This document shows, piece after piece, positions 41,701-54,080 of a stretch of 64,000 nt of DNA (the first letter of the stretch is position 1; each line of letters begins with the position of its first letter). Under the pieces are notes generated by a model. That model was not told the origin of the DNA, did no database searches, and was given only the letters and a program-made list of their open reading frames with translations. This DNA is from Eledone cirrhosa (taxonomy: Eukaryota), in the NCBI GenBank assembly GCA_964016885.1, contig OZ024747.1, forward strand, positions 88,412,001 to 88,476,000. The letters run 5' to 3'. The translations under genes and the position numbers were made by a program.

Positions 41701-43711
41701 ATATTTAATGGTCCTTCTAATGGGCTTTAATGGATGTGTAATGTGTTTAATGGAATTTTAATGGGGGTAGTAGGTTTTCAATGGGTTTTAATGGAGTTTT
41801 AATTGCCTTTTTTATTGGGCTCCTGTGCTCTTTTTTTTTAGAGTTTTTAATGGTATTTTTAATGGTTTTTCATTGAACTTTTAATTGCGTTTTTAATCTA
41901 GTTTAAAAACTGAGTTTTAATGGGTTTTTCAATTAGATTTTTAATGGATTTATAATGGTATTTTCTTACGGATCCTTTAATTTTTTTATAATGGATTTTC
42001 AATGCCGTTTTAATGGTGTTTTTTAATGGTATCCGTAATGACGCTTCGATAAGTTTCAATGTTATTTTAATGTGGTTTGGATTGATTTTTAATGGAGTTT
42101 TTTTTATGAACTTTTAATGGGGTTTTCGATCAGGTTTTTAACGGAATTTTTAATGTTTTTCAATTAGGTTTTTTATGGAGTTTTTATGGGCTTTTTAATG
42201 AGTTTTTAATGGTGCGCTAATTGAGTTTTCAATTACCTTTTTAATTGAGTATGAAATCGAGTGTTTAATAAGTTTTTAATGAATTTTTAATGGAATTTTA
42301 ATGGAGTTTTCCAATGGACTTTTAATTGTGTTTTAATGGGGTTTTAAAATTGGTTTTTAGTTGCATTTTTGAGGGGCTTTTAATGGGGGGTTAATGGGGG
42401 TTTAATGGGGGATTTAATTGAGTTTTTAATGGAGTTTAATATAATTTATAATGGATGTTTTAATGGAGTTTTTAATGAAGTTTTAATGTAGTTTTTAATG
42501 AGGTTTTAATGACAATTTTAATGGCGTTCTTAATGGTGTTTTAATGGTATTTTATGGCATTTTAATGACTGTTGTAATGGTTTTTAATGGAGTGTTAATT
42601 GGTTATTAATTGTATTTTAATGGGGTTTATGAGCTTTTTAATTGACTTTTTAGTGGTGTTTTAATGGAGTTTTTAATGGAGTTTTTAATGGGTCTTTTAA
42701 TGGAATTTGCAATGTAGTTTTTAATGGTGTTTTCAATTGCGTTTTAATGACGTTTTAATGGTGTTTTTTATGGCGTTTTAATAGGATTTTTAATTGGTTT
42801 TTTAAAGGACTATTATTATGGTTTTTTTTATGTAATTTTATAATGGGATTTTCAGTAGGGTTTTTAATTGGATTTTTAATGGAGTTTATAATATGGTTTT
42901 TAATTGGATTTTTAAAGAATTTATAATTGCGGTTTTAATCTAGTGTTTGATGGAGTATTTAATTGGTTTTTAATGGTAATTTTAATGGAGTTTTTAATGT
43001 GTTTTTTAATGGGGGGGGGGTTAAATGGAGTTTCTAATTGAGTTATCAATGGAGTTTTTAATGACATTTTTAATGACGTTTTAATAGCGTTTTATGACGT
43101 TTTAATGATGTTTTACTGGGTTTTTTTATTGGGTTTTGGGAGTTTTTATGAGCTTCTAATTAGGTTTTAAATGGGGTTTTCAATGAGGTTTTTAGTGGAA
43201 TTTTTAATGGGTTTTTAATGTATTTTTAATGGGATTTTAATGGTTTTTATGGCATTTTTAATGGTATTTTAAATGCTGTTTTAATGTTTCTTTTATGGCC
43301 TTTTAATTGGGTTTTTGATTGAGTTTTTAATGGCTTTTTTAACGAGAATGGGGAAGTTTAATGGGTTTCCAGTGTGTTTTAAATGAAGTTTTTGATAATA
43401 TTTTTAATGGAATTTTAATGGGGGTTATGGGATTTTAATGGGTTCCGGTGGTATTTTGCGGGTTTTAATTGGGTGTTAAATGGTTTTAATGTTGTTTTAC
43501 TTGCGCTTTCGATTACGTTTACAATTAAGTTTTTACTGTTTTTAATTGGATTTTTAATGGATTTTAATGTGGTTTTCAATGACATTTTAATGGTGTTTTA
43601 ATATAGTTTTTAATGGGTTTCCGATGTAGCTTTTAATGGTGGTTTAGTGTGCTTTTTATTGGGTTTTTAATGAGTTTTTATGAGCTTTTCAATGGAGTTT
43701 TTAATGGTGTT
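38748..43711. repeat. Fold-back degenerate ~9-11-bp A-tract satellite (CCATTAAAA / TTTTAATGG)
   Basis: A C/A-rich arm runs to ~40422, then switches abruptly to the reverse-complement G/T-rich arm to 43711. The left arm is interrupted by 39381-39975. Confidence 0.9.
39497..39623. repeat. 65-bp purine-rich tandem dimer
   Basis: GACTAGGGAGGGGTAAAGAAAGGCAGATC.GGCTGTAGAGGACAGTAGGGGGAGAAGAGGGA at 39497 and 39562. Confidence 0.92.
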
Positions 43712-43856
43712 TATATATATATATATACATACATATATATGTATATATATATATATGTGTATATATATATATTTACACATATATATGTGTATATATATAT
43801 ATGTGTATATATATATTTACACATATATATGTGTATTAAATATATATATATATTAA

Positions 43857-43888
<32 letters not shown>

Positions 43889-43905
43889 TTAATATATATA
43901 TATAT

Positions 43906-43941
<36 letters not shown>

Positions 43942-43955
43942 ATATATATATATAT

Positions 43956-44022
<67 letters not shown>

Positions 44023-44055
44023 ATATATATATATTAAATATATATATATATATGT

Positions 44056-44089
<34 letters not shown>

Positions 44090-44116
44090 ATATATATATA
44101 TTAAATATATATATAT

Positions 44117-44193
<77 letters not shown>

Positions 44194-44211
44194 TATTAAA
44201 TATATATATAT

Positions 44212-44246
<35 letters not shown>

Positions 44247-44255
44247 CATATATAC

Positions 44256-44329
<74 letters not shown>

Positions 44330-44365
44330 TATATATATATATATATTAAATATATATATATATAT

Positions 44366-44463
<98 letters not shown>

Positions 44464-44466
44464 TAT

Positions 44467-44501
<35 letters not shown>

Positions 44502-44524
44502 TATATATATATATATATATATAT

Positions 44525-44617
<93 letters not shown>

Positions 44618-44620
44618 TAT

Positions 44621-44696
<76 letters not shown>

Positions 44697-44748
44697 CATA
44701 TATACATATATATACATATATATATATACATATATGAAATATATATAA
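43712..44748. repeat. ~1-kb (TA)n array with TTAA variants
   Basis: Direct read. Confidence 0.97.
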
Positions 44749-45078
44749 GCTACGTATATATTTACTCAACCAAGCACAAAGAACGTATCTAGGGAATTGG
44801 GCATGTGTGTGAGTTGTGTTTCTGATACGCATGATCGTGGCAAGATTGAAATACCAACTATTGAGTATGAGTGTGAAATGATATGGAAATATCTGAAACA
44901 AACACTATACCTCAAACGGGGTCTTGTCTATTCTCGTATAAATATCATATGATTTCAGGTATACAATAATTTCATTTTATATCGCCTTAGTACATAACAT
45001 TGCATATAGCATTGTCTTTGTACATCCCAAAATATTTCGTAACTCCGTTTCGTAATGACAGTTGAATGTATGAATGTA

Positions 45079-45217
45079 ATAATTGTTTCTACTTTTGGCA
45101 CAAGGCCAGCAATTACCCAGTGCATTACTGGTACTTTATTTTATCGACCCCGTAAGGATGAATGGCAAAGTTAACCTCGGCGGGATTTGAACTCAGAATG
45201 GCAAGGGCCGTAACTCT
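45079..45217 (-). mobile_element. 5'-truncated tRNA-derived SINE
   Basis: Tail, central domain and B-box present; head missing. Confidence 0.88.
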
Positions 45218-45229
45218 GAACCTTTGTCG

Positions 45230-46260
45230 CTAATAATTAACAGCTGTAGTCGTAGTTCAAGGGAATACCGATTCTAGAATATTGTAAGGTTCTCAATGCT
45301 CTCTACCAGTCGGGAAATGCGGTCAGGGGAAATTCTAGATTTCTATACATGACTAGTGGTGAGCAAGTGCCATGACGTTTTAGGAAAGGCTCTGAGCGTC
45401 AACAAAATCAAACTGACCAGAAGAACTTTCCCGGAGAACTTTCTAACTTCCAGAAATCCTCTGGTTTAACCCTTTAGTATTTAAACCGGCCATATCCAGC
45501 CAGAATTCTCTCATTTCTTTTTGTTCAAACCGGCTGTAACCAGCTGCTCATACTGATGTTAAAGTATTTTTCTGTAAATAAATAATATAAAAATCTCATA
45601 GATTCGATATTATGTGAGATAAAGCCTTTACTGCGAAAATATAATAGTAAATATAGAGTGATGTAAATGCTAAAGGGTATTGTAAATACTAAAGGGTTAA
45701 CTGCTGGTTCGAGACAAACTCCGTAGGAACGTTAGTGCTGTCAGACGGAACTGCCCGAGATGCATGCAGAGCGATGAAATCGTTTTGCATGCCCTTGTTT
45801 AGTGTCTGTGCATTACTGATTTGTGGAGTTTTGTCAAACAGCTGTTATCACATGTAGGACGGGTCCAGCTAAAGGCCGAATCCATCGTATAGATCTTCCC
45901 GCCACATTCTTTTGACCAAAGGGAAGGACAGGCAGTTTTCCTCTGGTCATTGTAACGAAAGAGGTTGTGTGGTGGACACGACTGAAAGGACTGAAGTCAG
46001 ACACTTTTATCTCTTGCCAAGCCCTCATCAACGTTTTCATGTTCCACATGGAAAGGAATGTGAGGCTGGAGAGAAAAGTACTGACCCCCAGTAAATTTGT
46101 TAAAAGGTGGATGAATGTAACGAGGATGGCCCGAGTGAATGAGCCTACTCTGACGATGCACCTGTACACTGGGGAGCTTAGAGGGGCGCCCACATAGGGT
46201 GCTCTTGGAGAGTAGGGTGGTTTATGATATGTAGTGTTCCTAAGTTACTCCTGCGTGGTG
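45230..46260 (+). mobile_element. L1/Tx1-clade LINE 3' fragment interrupted by a MITE
   Basis: LLVRDKLRR...CPRCMQSDEIVLHALV*C...DLW (zf-RVT-type CCHC, 45701-45830), then WWTR...FVKRW. NFQKS lies upstream of the MITE. Confidence 0.72.
45470..45696. mobile_element. piggyBac-type MITE
   Basis: TTAA|CCCTTTAGTATTTA ... TAAATACTAAAGGG|TTAA, with an extra internal TIR copy at 45664-45677. Confidence 0.9.
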
Positions 46261-47329
46261 CTCCCCACTGTTAGTGACTTTTTTATTGTTATTAATTCAT
46301 TGTTTATTGTTAAATGTTTTATTTGTTTACAGGCTTCCATTGACAGGCATATGTATATACAGTTTATATATATTATATTCTTCTCAGACATTGTTAAACG
46401 TATCCCATCGAAAAGAAAATGTTCTTGTTTTTGCTCCTAATTTCATCATTACTCTTTATAAACAGTCACTCTCTTTTTTACTTATACTGCATTTGATTCG
46501 AGATTCGTAGTAGAAAGAAAAGGAAGAGCGACAGAAAGAAAAAAAAAATGAAAGAAAAAAAAATAGAGGAAGAAAGAAATAATAGAACAAACATAAGTTC
46601 AGTTTAGACTCATTAGAATTAGCAAGCACTGGATTCGTGCAAATTCATCCACCTTCCTAAACAGCAACATATTTTTAGCTTACAGAAAGAAGTTTGTTCC
46701 AAGATATATATTATTGTGCAACAGGAAATGTCGCCAAACCCCAATAAATATATGTGCAATCAAATATTTATCCTATATTCTGTATTTCTGTTTGAATTAT
46801 TATTATTATTTTATTCGTTCAACGAGAAGAAGAAAAAAAAAAACACTGGCGAAAACATATTTTCTGCTTAGATTATGAAAATTGGGATCATTTTCAGAGC
46901 ATCCATAATTTTATATTTACATGCATGTACTTACAACCATATATACATAATGTATACTCACATTTCTATCGAACGTACACGATAGGCTTTATTTGTCTTT
47001 TTTTTGCGTGCATATGATCATTTTGTCAAATGTATATGTACATATGTATATATAAAGTTTGACTCTCTTTATATCTATATCTATGTATTTATATATGATT
47101 ATATCTATCTCCAACCCCACCTCATATATATATATATAATTGTTTCTTTCTCCTTCCTCTCTCTTTAACCGCTCTTCTATGATGCTATACATGCAAACAT
47201 ACTACTATTATCCCTCCTCCTCATTCACTTCCACTAGCTTAGCCTTGTGGTTGTTGTTGTAGAGCCTTAAATGTGTTTTTGTTGTTTTTGTTTTAGCCAC
47301 TTGGTTAAATACTGCAATTTGCATCAGAG

Positions 47330-48420
47330 CTAGGTTTAGAGGACTCTACTCTGTTGCTAGCAATCGGAGCAGGTAATGGCGAAAGCCATTAACAATGACG
47401 TTTTTCAACACTTTGAATCCCTCTGCTTCTTTCATAACGGTTTTTGTAAAATCAGTTCAACTGGAGACCTACTCTCCTATGTGACTAACAAGTGGACTCT
47501 CGCAATACAGATTTTTGGTGTAAAATATTTTGTTGCTTTGAACATTAGCAAAGCTTTCAATCTTGGCTGGTATGCGATTCCCTTCTCAAAACTGTCCACT
47601 TGTGGGCCCCATCCGTCCGTTATCTCTTGGAATGGTAGCCTTCTATTGTTTCGTACTATAGTGACATGTGTAGGTGATGCTCCCTTTGCCTCACTGTATT
47701 CACTCTGGTGCACCTAGGGTTTTGTTTTTGTCTCCACACTGTTTCCTTAGTTACACCAATGCTTCATTATTAACCAGGTCCAAAAATGCCCAGCCAAGGA
47801 TTGTTCACACGCAACCTTAAATCCAAGCCTCTAATGGTGACCATGCCAACCTTGTCTCTTTCAAGAACAAAAAAGGCACAAGCATTGCTTATTTCAAGAA
47901 CACATCAATGAACATCATCCTCCTTAAGTATGAATAGAACATAACTAGAGTCATGGTAATCGCTTCAAATGTTAGTTCTCACAATTACCGAGGATCTCTC
48001 AAAGGGAAAACACTTCTTCGACATCACTATTAATTTAAATAGCAATAAGTACACGAAATAGATAGTGACCTTTAAGACAGCATATATTTAAGAGCACATA
48101 CAACGCCTGGATCTTATTAGAAAATACTTTACCCGCCAACTAATGACCCTCTTCAAGACTCAGCTGTGACTCTCAATGAAGTACTGCTCTCGCAAATGGT
48201 GTGGTACTGATATTACGTTTACTATCACACTAGACCGCGCCCAAGAAACATCACTCGGTTAATCGGTTAGAGTCATTTTCTGACAGTCTATAGATTTTGG
48301 CCCAAGGATGTGTTATTTCTCCCTTCTACTTCATGTTCTCTTGCTATAAGGCTTTCTGCTCCTCAGATCCCGCTGCAGTCATGCTCCGATTCACTCGCCT
48401 CTCCTCTCCACACCATCTGT
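47330..48420 (+). mobile_element. Degraded CR1/Jockey-group LINE RT fragment
   Basis: GFCKISSTGDLLSYVT...FVALNISKAFNLGWYAIPFSKL...SVISW matches GFR..RST..LDISKAFDRVWH..L; a GVPQGSVL-like remnant lies at ~47707. Confidence 0.82.
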
Positions 48421-49271
48421 GCAACCGGGAAAGATAAATTTACATTAATTTAGAAGCCTGAAAATATTTGAGCAGCCCATACAAGTATACTACCACTCAA
48501 TTTATTTAACGACAACTACTATACAACACACATAATCTCATATGTACTACAATACACGAACCAAACCAATGAAGAAGCTTCCAGGTGGTTGTTTGATATA
48601 CTATAGATAGCAGACAAATTCCTCTTAAATTATACCACAACGTTTTTTAGAATTAATAAATAAGATGTTGGATAAAATCTGTCTGAAAACGTGTCATGGT
48701 GAGAATGGTCTTGGATATATTCCTCGTTGAAGAAAACTTGCCTTAACGAGAACAACAACAACAATCAAATACAATATATCAGGTATGTTAAACATCAATA
48801 CACCAAATATTTCTCTCCAGCATAACATTTTAGAATAACCTCTGTTTCATTTCTGGTATTGACAGAAATCTTACCATATAAGCCGATAACATGAACTGAT
48901 AGCAGATGATGCCACAGGATTAATGGAGCAACTAACAGCAAAACAATATTTTAGAAGATTAATATTTACTTTACATTTTTCCTTAGTCTTTCCTTTAATT
49001 TCTGTTATATTACAAACTTTCTTTAGGACAAGCTTAAGGTAAGATTATCACATTTCATAAATTTATTATCTGATGTATTTCAGTAGCACCGTGTTTGTGT
49101 ACAATTCCCTTTTCACCTTTTTGCTTTAATATTTTCTATCCGTAATAAATTATGTATGTATGTGTTTGTATATAGGTACTTAAGTATAAATGCTTTTACA
49201 TGTGGCATTGTATTAATGTGTATATTTCTAAAATTAGTTTTTTCAAAGAATCCCAGTTCTATATATATATA

Positions 49272-49440
49272 TTTGGAAACTCTCGTTCGTAGAATCGAGA
49301 CGTCTCTGTCTGAGGACCTTGCGATTTCAGAGTCAGGTTCGATCATTACATCGATCGTGCCTCAAACTGGTCCCCAGAGAAACGATTGTAATATATCTAA
49401 TAAATTTTATTCGTCGCAACACTGATTCTCCGTTTCTTAT
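49272..49440 (+). mobile_element. Penelope-pLTR-like hammerhead element, copy 2
   Basis: CTGAGGA 49310-49316, GAAAC-gatt-GTA 49379-49390, then AATAAA; homologous to 26020-26180. Confidence 0.75.
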
Positions 49441-49537
49441 GTCACACACACACACACACACATACACACACACACATATATATATATATGTAAAAGGTAA
49501 ACAATATATATATGTATGTAAAAGGTAAACAATATAT

Positions 49538-50143
49538 TGTCAGGTCACCAGTTGGTGCTACTGGTAACATGTATTCCAGTACAACCTGTCCCATGGTCGG
49601 ATCGTTGGCGACTAAACTGGCAACCCCACCAACGTTTCTTGGTGAGGAGGGTGACTTTGGACATCTTGCAGGACTAAAAACAAAACCTGTCAAAGGGCAA
49701 AGGAGCTCTTAAGAGTCAATGGCCATCCAAAATCACCGGGAGAGATGACCTCTTAGCCTTTGTCAAGGCAGAATTCTAGAAGGAAAACTCTGATATAACA
49801 CCTGCAACCCTGATGGTATCCAATGATGTTGACTTGTTCTTCTTTTTGGTAAATATCATCTTGGTTAAGAGAGTGGGACTGGCTTTGTGCAGTGCCTTTG
49901 CTCACTATAAAAGCTTCATGGCACAGGCATTGCTTTATATCTAGAGATCTCACTGCACTTGTCGTCACATGGTACCAAGGGCCCAGCACTATGTGTCAAT
50001 AATTGTCACAAGTGTAGTGTTTGTACCAGAGTTTTCAAGTCGCTGGCTGGACTAAAATGTCACACTCGTTCAGCGCATCGGTAAGGGTTCTCCTACATGC
50101 ATATAAAGTAGTGGCCGTACTCGAAAACGAGTTGGCAGCCACC
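49538..50143 (+). mobile_element. Bipartite (internally deleted) RTE element with a 28-bp TSD
   Basis: TSD ATATGTATGTAAAAGGTAAACAATATAT at 49510-49537 and 50144-50171. RTE 5'UTR-type motif TAGAAGGAAAACTCTGAT. Terminal C2H2 finger CHKCSVCTRVFKSLAGLKCHTRSAHR* (50004-50084). Short 3' tail. Confidence 0.85.
49539..49620 (+). ncRNA. Degenerate HDV-like ribozyme candidate at the RTE 5' end
   Basis: P2 CCAGT/ACTGG, P3 ACA/TGT, GG then P4 TCG/CGA, and J4/2 CTAA occur in the correct order. P1 is imperfect and L3 is short. Confidence 0.45.
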
Positions 50144-50179
50144 ATATGTATGTAAAAGGTAAACAATATATATATATAT

Positions 50180-50514
50180 AAACATACAGCATATTATCAA
50201 ATATACTATACATACATCGGTATTTCAGAGCACTAATTCCTAATTTTTGCTGGACCGGCAACAACTCTGCTTAATCAGCTCCTGAACATTACTGGAATTC
50301 TATAAGGATCCAACTTCTATAAGTCTCGGCAGAAGCGAAAGGATATGCAATCTTGATAGCCGCTAACGAGCGAGAAACAGTTGTCGGCTGTTTTCCTTTG
50401 TTTTCGCCGAGACTAAGTAAGTGACATAGTCACCACTTTAAAACTCATAGCGAATGGTCTTCAAAATGTTTTAAAATAAACATAAAGTATATTATCAAAT
50501 ATACTATACATACA

Positions 50515-50520
<6 letters not shown>
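50180..50520 (+). mobile_element. Retrozyme-like element copy 2 (~298-bp monomer, different permutation)
   Basis: Shares TATTTCAGAGCAC, TTTTTGCTGGACCGGCAAC, ACTGGAATTCTATAAG and AGTAAGTGACATAGTCAC with 18070-18530. Terminal direct repeat AAACATA..ATATTATCAAATATACTATACATACAT at 50180 and 50478. Decayed hammerhead CTAACGA..GAAAC agtt GTC (50363-50385). Confidence 0.78.
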
Positions 50521-50560
<40 letters not shown>

Positions 50561-50563
<3 letters not shown>

Positions 50564-50701
50564 AATTGCTTCGAAAGGACTAGAACTGTTTCATTCGGGA
50601 GAAATCATCAGAAATCCATTTCTATATTAAATATTTATACTCTGCTATGTATTGAGTAGCTCATTTACTGTGGTTACCCCCGATTGAACCCGGGATAAAC
50701 T
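50561..50701 (-). mobile_element. Short TA-inserted element with hammerhead-like core, copy 2
   Basis: Minus strand GGATTT-CTGATGA-tTTC tccc GAAt-GAAAC-agtt-CTA-GTCC; homolog of 23886-24020. Confidence 0.65.
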
Positions 50702-51227
50702 ATATATATGTGTGTGTGTGTATGTATGAATTATGTATGTAAGCCCTTGTGGCCAATAAAGAAATCATTATTATTCTGTGGTCAATAAAAGAAATCATTA
50801 TTATTATTCCATACAGTAGAAACAAAAGTAGAAACAATTATTCCATACATTTATGTGTGTGTGTGAGTGTGTGAAATCACCTCTCTAGTAATCACCTACC
50901 ACACGAAATACAACTATTCAGCTACACAAATTTAACATTTAACACAATCGTCTTAAAGTAACGAATGTAGCTACGTTAGCAACGCAGGCAAATATAAATA
51001 CAAAGTATTAATGGAGACAATGTATTACACTCTCCACTATACAAAGCATATAGCACCCACATTAAACATACCTTAAAAAAGAAAACTATTCTACACACAT
51101 ACATACACACAATCATATACATAGAAAAAATGTGACTCATCACAGTGGAGTATAATCACTTATATCGTTAAGTCTAACTAGTTGACTGTTACTTTACAAT
51201 TTCCTTCAGATAAAGTTATTATATTTA

Positions 51228-51418
51228 GGGCGGTGGATTGGCAGTATCGGTAGAGGGTCGGACGCCATTCTTTGCAGCAAAGAGTTAAGGCCCTTTATGG
51301 TCTGAGTTCAAATCCCGCCGAGGTTAACTTTGCCTTTCATCCTTACGGGGTCGATAAAATAAAGTACTAGTAATACACTGGAATAATTGCTGGCCTTGTG
51401 CCAAAAGTAGAAACAATT
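51228..51418 (+). mobile_element. tRNA-derived SINE with TSD
   Basis: Full length; ATTATATTTAG on both sides. Confidence 0.9.
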
Positions 51419-52077
51419 ATATTTAGCAGTGTGCTACTGGTTACATGTAACCAGTAACACACGTGACTACTACTAGAGGTAAGTAAAGTAACAACCCTTG
51501 ACCATGCCCATAAACAAACCAGTGGTTGTTTGTATACCAAATCGTGCACCCTGTACCAGCCCATTGCTTTTTATTAGTTTGAAGTGAACAATCATTGAGG
51601 TAACATAACTTTGTAAAACTTTAATTTACAATTCAATGTTTCTCCGATTAATAGAATCAATCAATCTAATGTTAGATGCTAGACAGATCATTGTAAAATG
51701 ATTTAACTTACATTTCAATACTTATTTAATGACATTTTGTCTATTGCTGGTTGAATAGTCATTCAAGTTTTAAAATTTCACATTACAATTACTCCAACAC
51801 AATGGAATCACAAGACGATCTCCTTACACAATGGCTGATAAGTTACAAGCAATAATATTCGATGGACGTTAAACCGGATGTTTCAATTTCTGCTGGTGTA
51901 AACAATGCCGTACAGAGTGGAGATTTCCAGAAGGACGATAACATGAAAAGCTTAAAATATCATTTTTCCTTAATATTCAGAAAACGCCGGACCAAATAAG
52001 CCATCCCAATTTTCAAAACTAACTCACTATTTACTTTGTTCCAATTCTTACTATTTAATAACGGCGTCAACAAATCG

Positions 52078-52123
<46 letters not shown>

Positions 52124-52225
52124 GTTAAACTATATATGCAAAGCTCAGAAGAAAGTAGAGAATAATATATGATAGTATATAAGTGCCACGTCTTTACAGA
52201 ATTAGCTCAATGAGTTTATATAGTA

Positions 52226-52872
52226 CTAGCAGCAGTACCCAGCGTTTCCTGGGTAGGTAAAATAATATCTGCTTTGATGAAAAGGTGTTGATCTTAGCGA
52301 CTGCTTCTCGATGATTCATCTATGGCCACACACAGGCCATGCGGGGGAGGGTAGTGATGACCTCTATCACTGAGAAACGCGGGTGACTGACGAAGGGGCA
52401 TGCTGGGGGAGGGAGGTAATGACCTCTAACACTAAGCCAAATTTCCTCACGCTACTTGATTGGAAACCGATGAATTCTTAAATACACAACTAAAAGCTCA
52501 GACGACGTCAATGGCCATCGTTTTGCCTTTGACGACCTATAAGATGTGCAATGATAGGTTCTATCGTAGTATAAAAGTTGAACCAAATAAATTGATTTAT
52601 GTGTGAGGTGGAGCCGAAGTTTCGAATTTGAACGAAATCGGTTGAAAAATGTGGGAGCTAGAGCCAAAAATCTTATTTTTCGATACCTAAAGAAAGGTGA
52701 TCCCCTATCGATTTTTATCTGCAGAATGACCCCGGAATAAAAAAAAAACGATACGCTGATATATAGAAAACATTCCCCGATGACTAATCTATGAGCCTGT
52801 AAAGTTTCATGAAAATCGGTCGTACGATGTAGGCCCCTGTAGGTAATACACACACACACACACACTCACACA

Positions 52873-52939
<67 letters not shown>

Positions 52940-52960
52940 TTAATTTTATATATATACAGA
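52226..52960 (-). mobile_element. Non-autonomous Helitron, family A copy 2
   Basis: Reverse-complement A|TC...hairpin-CTAG|T ends; homologous to 1438-2353 but with a different internal segment. Confidence 0.88.
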
Positions 52961-53667
52961 TATAGGTTTAAAGAGAAAGAAATTTCTAGAGAGAATGATT
53001 TGGAGTTGTAGACATAAACACAAGTTTATAGATGGAAAAATTATCTTTGAAATCATATTTATTTCCTTAGACATGTTTCAAAGGACATTGAATTATTTGA
53101 AATTCGCATAATCAAGATCTATATACAGTCATTGATATATAGACATAATTTTACGCCCCTTCTTTTCATTGTTTAGAATGAGTTTATTTTCAGCCAATAA
53201 TAGTCCAGCTATTTTCTAAGACAGAATCCACTTTTCAGGTACACATCCCCTAATACTGCTTATAGGAATTCTCCTCCCTCCTCACTCTTACCTATATTGA
53301 TTTATCTACACCTATCTTATCCTTTTCTCCAGCGTCCATCTCTTCCTCCCAATCTTCATTTTACTTTCTTCATCGTTCTCCCACTTTATATGTCTTTTTA
53401 TCTATAATACTATCATTCACATATCTCCCCCTTTCTGTTTTTCCTTTTAATTCTCTATATGTGAAAAGGTTTTTTATTCCACTTTGAAAATTTGTTGTGA
53501 CCACGCATAATTTTTTGAGCGATTGGATTCGATTTAATTTGATTGAAAGAATCAAAATTAGTGATCCTAGACTGATTATATAACACATACAAAGAAACAC
53601 GTGTTAGCGTTATGCAATAACATTCTCCTGGAATGTGGTGCTTTAAATAATTTTTGTAAATTTCTTA

Positions 53668-53962
<295 letters not shown>

Positions 53963-53963
53963 A

Positions 53964-54080
53964 GGCGTGTGGCTGAGTGGTTAGAGAATTGGATTCGCAA
54001 TCGTAAAGTTGTGGGTTCAATTCCTGGACCAGGCGATGCGTTATGTCCTTGAACAAGACACTTTATTTCACGTTGCTCCT
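53964..54080 (+). mobile_element. 3'-truncated tRNA-derived SINE with CORE-like segment
   Basis: GGCGTGTGGCTGAGTGGTTAG (A box), GGGTTCAATTCC (B box), then TGTCCTTGAACAAGACACTTT. Confidence 0.75.

Noticed and set aside
53964-54035. tRNA-like sequence
   Set aside because: It has no convincing acceptor stem and runs into a SINE body, so it was called as a SINE head.
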